NCBI GenBank assembly: GCA_976226885.1
Contig: OZ320319.1
Location: forward strand, 33,666,001-33,730,000
Reading direction: 5' to 3'
Length of the DNA stretch: 64,000 nt
From: Iphione sp. A-MEVVRFRX5
Lineage: Eukaryota
Shown here: piece after piece, positions 34,159 to 43,243 of the stretch
Position numbering within the stretch: position 1 is the first letter of the stretch
How the letters are laid out: each line of letters starts with the position of its first letter
The notes under the pieces: model-generated
What the model was told of the DNA's origin: nothing
Database searches by the model: none
What the model saw: only the letters and a program-made list of their open reading frames with translations
Program-made: the position numbers and the translations under genes

Positions 34159-37100
34159 TCATAACTCCATCTCTCTCGCGCGTTCTCTGTCACGAAGCTC
34201 CTCCCACAGCTGCCCTAGACGATTCTCTCCCCTGAATTCCGAGGGTGAGGATATCTTAGCAAGAGCCGGCGTCATTCCCACCCCCCAGAAACGATCCGAG
34301 TCGGCAAAGACTATACGTCGATCGTGATCCAGTTCTCTCTTCGCTTCCGCCACCCTGTTCAATTTCAGTGTCAGAACTTGTCTCATCGTGTCCTCTCTCC
34401 CGATATGTCTCCACCTTTCACTCAGATCCACAAAGTCGGCATAGGCTCTCATTTCTGTGTGATCTCGAGTGAGATGAATGGCTCTGGCTTCTTCTTCCGC
34501 ATTGTGAAATCTAGCCAATTCGTAAAGGAACATGTGCTCTGAGGAGATGAACCCTAGCCCCATATCGCAAACGTAATGCGGACCGAGTACGTCTCTTGTC
34601 CCGACACCGAATACGTAATTGTCGACGTCGTCACTCCACGGACACAGGGTGATGGAGAGGGGGGTGGTGTGTATGCCATCATCGTGAACCACTCGTTTGG
34701 CATAGAAATACGAGAATCCCGTCCTTTCCTGCTTGTAGGTGAAGACGGTGTCGTCGACGGCGCGCATCCCCATATTGACTCCAATGCGTGACTTTTGGGT
34801 GCTGAGAACCGAGCGGTAGATTTCCATGAGTTGGACGAGACGAGATTTGGAAATGCCTTTACAGCTCAGCTTGTAGTTGTCTGTAGACGTCTCCAGAATG
34901 TAGGTTTTGCTGTTGAGGGCAACGATCCCTTCTCCTCGAGCCTCCTCTTTCATGATGCCTGGTACCCGTCTGTCGTACGTCTGGTGCTGTGGACAGCACT
35001 CGCGCATGAACCAGACGGGCTTGGTAGAATCACTGCAATTGCCTAACACTTCGTCCAGATAGAGTTTTCTCTTCTCCTCGGACATGGCTTCGGGTAGATT
35101 GGAGGACGACAGAGCTAGATAGGCACTGTCCGTGTCCATGGTAACGTATTCGAAATGGTCCCTGTCGATCAGTTTATCGATGCAATCGTAATAGAAACCC
35201 AACATCGTTAATTTGGCATATTGAAGGATGAAGAAACCCAAATAGATCGGAAGGTCTAGGACGATGCGGGGCTTGGCTGCTTGGATTTCGTAGAATCCTT
35301 TGTACTCCACCATCTTCCTGAAAGAAGGAGAGTTGACAGCTAACGATGCCTCGCACTTGTCGGAGAAATAATTGATGGCAGTCTGCTTCTCCTTCTGCAT
35401 GATGATGCCACCATATGCAGAATTACCCAGGAGTTTCATGGTGTCTGCTATGACTGCCATGTCGGGGTTGGCATCGCCTCGTCTACGGGCTGCCGTGATT
35501 TCTTGTTCAAAGTCACTGAAACAGGTGGACGAGTTGAATTCGATCACCTGGTAGACGTTAGTCACCCTCAATCCATGCTCCAGGTACCATTTCAGGAGTG
35601 GGGTGGCGATGAGGGTTTTCTTAGCCCTCATTGCCCCTACCAAAAGCTGACGAGGACGTTCCGACAACTCGAACTGAGCCACGTGTCTTTGCATGTGTGA
35701 ACCGATATCACAGGTACGAACGCTAGCTTTGCCAAAGAGAGGGGACATCTCTTCGAAATAACTCCATGGCGGGAGACTCTTCTCTTTTCCCTCACTCCAG
35801 GCTTCTGGAACTTCTATGTCCACTTCGACTGCTCCGAAAAGGTCACCTTTTTCTACAGCTCTAAGGATTTCCTGCCCACTTATCTTACCATATCGAACTC
35901 TGGAGAACGGGGGGAGAAGAATGTCTCTGGCTATGCTCTGCAATTCCTCTTTGCCGTCCATGATTTTTCTGAAAGAACACTCTGTCATCGTGACTACCCT
36001 ATAGTCCATCCACTCCAGAAAAGTTTTCTTCTGTTCCGTTCTCTTCTGTCGCTTTCTTCTGTCCTGTTCGTTCATTTTCCCCTTCATGCAACGATGACCG
36101 TGAAAGAAGCAACCGTTGAATTCGAATACCGTGCCACGGCTTGGGTTGTTTCCTTTCCCAGCAGTAGAGGGAGACATGAATCCGTCGACCTGATACGGTC
36201 CGATGCGTAACTCACCTCCGTCTCGGTTCTTGGCGTGATGAATGGTTTTCTTCCTTCTTCGCGACTCCCATTCCAACCACACGAACATGGTCTGGTACGT
36301 AGAGAATTTCTCGACCACAAAGCCATACTCCTGCCTTCGTCGTGTGAAGTTGCCCATCGGCATCTCTTTGGCTATGGCCGAGAGATATAGACTGTTGGCA
36401 TCGAGTCCCAGAATGGACTTGCAGGGTGACAATCCATCTCGAATGAGAGTCTTGTCCTTCTCGTGATATCTGGTGAAGACGATGGCTGGACCACCCACCA
36501 GATTACTCTTGAAGGTCTTGTATATATCTTCCTGAGAACCATTGAACAAGGGAAACACGGTTCCCTTAGAGGAGGCAGACTGGAACAGCATTCGTCGAGC
36601 CATGCCCGGAGCAGATACGGATATTTTGAACAAGTCGAAACCCCGCTGGAAATAGAAAGCCTGCAACTTTTCCACTGCCTCGACGAACGGGAGCACGTCT
36701 AGGTTGTTATAATAAATCAGAAGGTCTGCCAGACACTGCATGTTCTCTTTCCTCCATACTTCTTGGAGGCTTTCGTAATCAGCGATGGAAATGTTACTTC
36801 CTTTCAAGCTAGAGTAGAATGCCTCGTGTGGAGGAAGCTCTGTCTCCTTCAACTTCTCGGGGCAGTCAAGGTACTCGTAGCAGAAGAAACTCTTTTCTTG
36901 AGAAGCACCGTACGCCTTAAGAAAGCGAGCATAGGACACACCAGGCGACAGATACTGACATATGTCCAGGAACTTGAAGCGTACAGTGGAAATGGAGATG
37001 TACGTGTTCTCTCGCTTGATCACAAATGAACCTGGTTCGTCCACCTGGAGGGCTCTCAAGAGTTCCCCCTTCAGTAAGTTCAGGTCGTAGCGGGCAGAAT

Positions 37101-39641
37101 TGAAACCCAAGACGGGTAGCGAACTCATGTAGGCATAGAACCTACCTTGTATTTTTTCTACCGTCTTCTTATACTTCAGGGCAGGGTGGGTCCGATCCCC
37201 CTCCTGGCGCTGACCACCTCTGTCATCTTCATCATCGGCATCATCATCATCGTTAGCACCACCAGCAGCATTGGCAGCATCATCGTTGCCGGCAGCATCC
37301 GCATCATCGTCGACATTCTCTTCGTCCTCACGATGCAAGACGAAATCGACCAGTTCGTCGTCTTCGACGACATGATCTTGAACGGGTGCATCTCCCAACT
37401 GTCTCGTTATTTTGTCGTTTGTCTCCTGCAGTAGTTCCTCCAGTTGACTGACCACGTCGCCCCATTTTCGTTTTGCTCTCTCTAGAGCTTCTTCCTGAAT
37501 AGATTCCAGGTATTCGAGCATCTGATTAACTAGCGTTTTCATGTCTTCGTGTAGGAAACACTGAGGATTTGTGAAACCAGGTACGTTGCTGCACACGGAG
37601 ACTGAGATGGTCTCGTGTCGATGAATCCACGTCACACTAGGGGTGTCTCTTTCTCCATCGAGTCTTCTGAGAATAGCCTCACAGTCAAATACGGCGAAAT
37701 CTTCATAAGTCCGTTCCTCAGGGGAAACGACTATTCCCAGTCCTTCCAGATCATCGAATATGGTGGAAGGACTGTTGTAGTATCCCCCTCGGTACACATA
37801 ACGTGTTCTCAGGGGACATACTTTGGAGTGCCTCGCAAAGTGATGTCTCTTGCCGAAACATCGTCGACAGAGACGGCACTGAAACTTCTTGGCGTATGTC
37901 TCGAAGTCATTGACATAAGAGAGGTGACCTGCATGAAGGTTAAGGTGCATAATGTCAGGAAAACGAGAGAAAGGTTTCCTAATGACGGATATGCTTCCAT
38001 TCATCTTCAATTCGTATACATAGATGCCGACTTGGAAACATTCCTCAAAGAGAGTCAAGTCGCGCAGGTCCACACCCCTAGATTTACTGGGGTCGGGAGG
38101 TAGTGTGCGGTTTCCTAGACTTGATTGGAACTGACGCCATGACAAATAGTACTCTTTCACGGCTCCTTCTACGTCGTTTTCTTGATGGTGTACTGCGAGA
38201 CACCTAAAGGCGCAAAGAGCATCGTTATGATCATCTAATGAAGTGATACATCGTTTATTTCGCACAAACTCGGGAAGGAAACCTCGACCCATCAGATACG
38301 TGGTGCGCGTAATGAAAAATACGACATTGGTTATCATGGCTACCTGCCACTTAGTGTCTGGTCGGTTCCGGGTGAAGTAATTCTCCGGGTCCACTGCCCT
38401 TATGGTGTCCATTACCTCAGACAGGTCACTTGCCCGGGAAACCACTATGGGTTCGTTAAATACCATACTGTTACTATAGGGGATGAAATAACGATATTCA
38501 CCCGTCTGAACATTACGCAATATCATACCGAACGACATATTCACCTTGAAGGTATGGTCTTCTCTTTCGAAAATGGTCTCCAAGAATTGGTGAAGTTCCT
38601 GGGGACCACGTGACAGATCGTTGGTGGGGAAATTGTAATCGGTGGTGATTTCTCTATCTGTATGGTGGGCCAGGATGTGGCGCTGATTGGCTCTATATAC
38701 CCTTTCCAGTTCTGGCTCTATGGTCTCCCCTTCCCTGTTGCACCAGGGTGGATGCTGATTGTTCTCGCTTGGGGTCTTGTCCCTTTTTCTTTTTTTACTT
38801 TTGTCCTTCTTTCCTCGCTCACCATCCTTCCACGGTTCGACCTGGAGGGGTATACCCTCTTCATGGAGTGTGGTTCCATTCCCTCCGCCCCCGTGTTGGA
38901 TTCCTCGATGTAGATACAACTCGCGCTTATTCTCGAACGAATCTCCACATTTTCTACATCGCCATTCTAATCGGTGTGAGTGACTTAGAAGATGCCTTCG
39001 CATAAGTGAAGCTTTCTTAAAAGACCGGGTACACTTAGAGCACTTGTATTGCTGACAGCTTTCTTTGTGTCGCCTGGCATTGCCTTGACGCTTAAATTTC
39101 TTCAAGCACTTCTCACATTGCCTTTGTTTTACAACCTGTATTTAAAAAACAATCGAAGTAAGTTATCTTCATGGTACTTTGTTTTCTTATAGGAACTTCA
39201 TACGACGAGTATATGACAAAAAACAGATTGCAGTATGCTGGCTCGCAGTAAACAGGTAAGGAAACACAAATACACAGGTTTTTTACTTACTTCTTCTATC
39301 TCGTCAGATGAGGGTGATGATGACAGGGAATATAGACTCTGCATTTCTTCTCTTGGAAGTACTCTCACCAATCCTTCTTCTGGCTGTTTATTTTTCACAT
39401 AGAGAGAGAGAGAGAGACAGAACAAAATAGGATAACTGACTGCATCCAAACATGCACACACTCTCACGCGTATGGAAATTGATACATTTTCTATCATTAT
39501 TTCAGTCGAACAGCTCATTCAACTCACTGGTCGGCGACTTGGCCCCGGAATAGACTCATATCGGACAGATGCTACATCGGACGACACTGCAACTGATGCT
39601 GGAGGAGAAGTTGTGGTTGTTCTTGCTGGTGGTGGTGCTGC

Positions 39642-39673
<32 letters not shown>

Positions 39674-40210
39674 AATGTTGGGTGATTTCATCAGCCGTAC
39701 GATCATCTTGAGAAGTCTATACAAGGAATACATGTACATGATGTGATGCACAAATCCAAAGATTAGAAAACTCAGTTCTACTAAACCATACCAAAGAAAA
39801 AAAAAAAAAAAAAAAACTTTACTTACGTCTTGATCAGTCTTCGAATGAAAACTAACATCCTGTTTGCTTGGTGTGAAGACATTATCCGAGGAATGAGATT
39901 GCTGGGTTTGTGAAGGCATGGATGTTGGTAGCAATAAATTATTCAATAGATCCACCTGCAATGATTTGTGAATTATATAAATGTATATACAGTATAGTAA
40001 TCAATTGTTAAATTATCCATTAGTACAGTAGAACGTTTTTTGGGGACTTACCTCACTACTGTTCAAATGATTGCTTCTTAATTCATTTTGTCTCTCCAAT
40101 ACGATGGGATTATTCATCAATCCCTTCGCTGCAGCCCATGAGATGAGTTCCTCCTCGGATGAGAAAGAAGCTACAAGTCTCCTCAATAGGTCAACTGCAG
40201 CTTGAGCCAT
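34159..40210 (-). CDS. POLB: Protein-primed DNA polymerase B polyprotein, five exons (40210-40052, 39955-39827, 39716-39528, 39383-39291, 39135-34159), about 1848 aa
   Basis: ExoI VFDCE, ExoII FNSARYD, ExoIII YNNLDV; Pol motifs DANSLY, KLLGNSAYG and MDTDS. All four introns are GT(A/G)AGT...AG and phase 0. Also three N-terminal zinc fingers, an OTU-like Cys/His pair, a Vsr-like insert and a NADAR-like C-terminus. An in-frame ATG at 40222 would give 1852 aa. Confidence 0.92.
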
Positions 40211-40246
40211 GGTGGAGAACATTAAGTTAGCTATTGATAGTACACC

Positions 40247-40252
40247 TTTATA
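40247..40252 (-). promoter_or_regulatory. TATA box of the spliced PolB gene
   Basis: Minus-strand GTATATAAAG, about 37 nt before ACCATGG at 40210. Confidence 0.6.
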
Positions 40253-40562
40253 TACCTAGCCTGTATCATGAATATGTTAATAATAATGCTGACATCACTG
40301 TCACATAATGTGATCACATGTCCGTGATGTGGTGCAATAATTGAAAAGAAAAAAGGTCAAATTGAAATGCTAAATGTTTATTCGATGATTGTGATCAGAT
40401 TCATGAATAAGAGTTACATATTTAAAATAAACAAAAAATTCATTAAAGGAATTAATGGTTCATTTACTATCTTCCAAAAACAACCTAAAAAATATATCCC
40501 AGGTCGCTTCAAGGGCAAATACAGTCGAGGACGAGGATAATCTCTGAGATGTCTCAATATGT

Positions 40563-41647
40563 TTAGTTACAGTGGCAGGCAGCGCTATCATCCTTTGTCT
40601 GTCAAAAAAGAAATATAAAAAAAATAATTTCATTATTGCTTTCAAATTTGTCACTGAAGATTATCATAATTCAACAACAAAGAAATTAATATAATACACT
40701 AATTTCTCTTCTAGTCGTTGCATTTTTTTTATATTCATTTAACATCTTACCTTGTCTTTTTTCTTCTCATTCTCTCTCTCCAATTTGTCAATAACTCGAT
40801 CCACTTGTGCCTCTGTCATCCCATACCAGTCGCAGTAGTTTTGGGATTGTCCTTCCTGACCGAAGTTCTTCACCTGACCTTGGTTGTTTTTTAGAATGTT
40901 TTCACTTAGAAAAACCTTCAATGTCGAAGGGAGAGGGAGCCGTTGGATCTTTTCGTGGGTCCTTTTCTTCAGGTTGGAGTCTTCCACCAGACGAACCAGA
41001 TGAGAAGGGGAAAATACAGAATGATCATTGATTTCATCATCATCATCATCATCATCGGCATCTCTAACATCTCCTTCCATCAGATTCGCATCACCATTCC
41101 TATTAGTTTCTTGGATAACTGCTACGAAATCACCCATTTGTTCATATATGGCATGTTCATCGGTATCTTCGAGCACACCGTCTTCGTTTTCGATCATAAA
41201 CTCGATGGTGGGTTTGGATAGACTGTGCCATATGCTTCCTACGACTGCATTACCCGCTTGAGTTAGTAAACTGAGTTTGCCGTCAAACAGGATGCTCCTC
41301 AAAGCAAGCATGCTGGACTTGAACAGACGATACACCTCCAATGGACGACGTTTCAGTTCATATATCTCGTCAGTAATCACCATTGCATGATCAGAAAGAT
41401 CCATCACACATAAAGCACAGAGAGAATCACCCCGTTTCACCACTTGACGTCCCATTGGGGCGGGTCCGAGTATGTCCTTCATATGTACTTCGTTCTTTTC
41501 CCAATTCCAGTAATAGTCACTCATGTATAATACTACTGGACGATGTACTTCGTTCTTTTCGTGAATATATAGTTCAGGAAAATGCCGATTCCCATGCAGA
41601 TGTGGATCATAAGAACGAATTATGTATTTGCCAGCTATATCCATCAT
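40563..41647 (-). CDS. Polinton accessory SOCS-box protein (41647-40751, probable second exon 40598-40563)
   Basis: 302-aa ORF containing FSPSHLVRL...KIQRLPLPSTLKVFL after an acidic tract. Donor AAG/GTAAGA at 40750 and acceptor TTTTTTGACAG at 40599 would replace VRC* with TKDDSAACHCN*. Confidence 0.75.
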
Positions 41648-42426
41648 GTTTTAACAAAGGGGGTGAAGCTTCTGCGTCTAGTCCGGACTGAGGTTCAATA
41701 ACAAATGTAATGCTCCCAGAAAGATAGAGCTAGGGTTATATGATAACCCGAAACAGATTATAACAACCAAAAAAAAATTAAGTGTTATGTATGGACATTC
41801 TCAACCTTCGCTTAGTATTCTTCTGGGTATCATTGGTCTCAAGTATCTTTCAGTAAGGGTTTCAGGAAATGCATCCTTACATTCATCCAAACCAATTCAA
41901 ATCATTCCACACGATCAGGACAAAAGAAGCAAGGACTATATCTAGTGTAATATCTTCATCCCAGCGGTATGTACAGATAATGTAATCACTTGTAAACGTG
42001 TTCAGACATTTCAGTCAAGGACTTTATCAGTAATATCAAAATACAATAGTGTGAACTCTTCATATCGCCTCACCATCGTCAACGATAGGATAATGTGACG
42101 TCAGTTGCAAGGGAAATTTCTTTATCTAAAGATGGCTTAGAGCCTTTATCTTTTCTATAATAACCATATCCCATATGGTTTATATGTATTGTGAATCCAT
42201 TACATCCACCGCACACATACGCCATCTAGTGTAAAACCCAAGGTCGCGCGTCAGACGCTATAAAATGTCATCAGACGCCATCTGGATGAGCTCTCCCGAC
42301 TTGCATTTTTGCAAACTCTAAAAATCAAATAAAGACTTACCTAGTCGTCTCTTTTCCACACAACAAAGTTCATAGTGACTAGCATTCAGATACAATTATT
42401 TGAACTGACTCGCATCAACATAAATT

Positions 42427-42528
42427 AAAATGGTCACCGACACTAATTACAAACTCGTCCGCATACTTGGGGAATCGAACCGGGTATCTCTCGTTTCTCC
42501 AACCTATGCTTAATGAGAGTTTCTATAG
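42427..42528 (-). ncRNA. Candidate Pol III-type structured RNA, copy 1
   Basis: Perfect B box GGTTCGATTCC (42481-42471), A-box-like AGCATAGGTTGG, nested stems AAACTC/GAGTTT and GCATA/TATGC, ending GACCATTTT. Confidence 0.5.
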
Positions 42529-42725
42529 TGTCAGGACGATACGTCAGACGTTAACAACTGATGTCATGCACATTGGAGCCGGACAGACGTTTTTTCAGAC
42601 CCGAAATCGAGAATGAAACATTAACAGGTCATTCTTGAACACAGAACATTGCTCAGTCAAGGTGATATGAAGAAAGACTTATTTAAACTGCTTCAATTCC
42701 ACCTATAACACATATAAAATTGGAC

Positions 42726-42821
42726 AAAATGGTCGCACCCACTACACTGACTCTTCACACTCGGGAATCGATCCATCTTTCCAGTGGTTCGGTCGGCGAG
42801 TGCTGTAAGAGAGTCATTATA
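42726..42821 (-). ncRNA. Candidate Pol III-type structured RNA, copy 2
   Basis: B box GGATCGATTCC (42774-42764), stems GACTCT/AGAGTC and CACTCG/CGAGTG, ending GACCATTTT; homologous to copy 1. Confidence 0.45.
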
Positions 42822-42953
42822 ATGGGAGGACCTAATGATGTCCTTCAAATGGTATTGTCAATGCTTCCGCGCTCAAGGACATCGATGGGAAGCGCTTTCA
42901 TTCATACATATGCTTAACACTGATCGTGTCTAGAGTCGCTCCAACTTCAGGGC

Positions 42954-43080
42954 GCGGGAAATTTGAAATTATATCTTATCTCTACCTACTTATCTTTCAT
43001 AAGGGCGGGAAATTTGAAATGATATCTTATCTCAAGTAGAGGATCCATGCGCGGGAAATTTGAAATAATCTCTCTTATCT
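42954..43080. promoter_or_regulatory. Three E2F/CDE-CHR composite motifs interleaved with GATA motifs
   Basis: GCGGGAAATTTGAA at 42954, 43005 and 43051; CTTATCT at 42975, 42989, 43026 and 43074. Confidence 0.6.
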
Positions 43081-43083
43081 TTT

Positions 43084-43237
43084 CTCAAGTGGTTCAAGGA
43101 AACTCAAGTGGTTTATGACGATCTCAAGTACCTCTGTACTGACTTGACCTTCTCGAAAATCGAACTTCAAGTGGTTTGCACTCAGATGACCTTTTTGCAC
43201 TAAAGGGGGTCTAGGGCAGTTACCTTCATACACTACT
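43084..43237 (-). repeat. Right terminal inverted repeat
   Basis: Reverse complement of the left terminus; carries three TCAAGTGGTT copies (43085, 43104, 43167). Confidence 0.93.
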
Positions 43238-43243
43238 ATTTAC
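43238..43243. repeat. Right 6-bp target-site duplication ATTTAC
   Basis: Identical to 19461-19466. Confidence 0.95.

Larger units (their letters stand above)
19467..43237. mobile_element. Full-length Polinton/Maverick (adintovirus-like endogenous virus), 23,771 bp
   Basis: AGTAGT termini, TIRs, perfect 6-bp TSD, and open frames for pPolB, integrase, ATPase, protease, MCP and minor capsid. Core genes are clearly more GC-rich than the host flanks. Confidence 0.97.

Noticed and set aside
36855-36885. LDCPE as an LxCxE Rb-binding motif in PolB
   Set aside because: Falls within the conserved YEYLD..EKL polymerase segment, so most likely coincidental.
39105-39135. TTG at 39105 as the PolB start
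   Set aside because: It would truncate a zinc finger; a phase-0 acceptor at 39136 with four in-frame upstream exons explains the 5' end better.
41790-42080. Short minus-strand frames with coding-like composition in the right arm
   Set aside because: Broken by stops and shifts with no recognisable motif; at most a decayed accessory gene.
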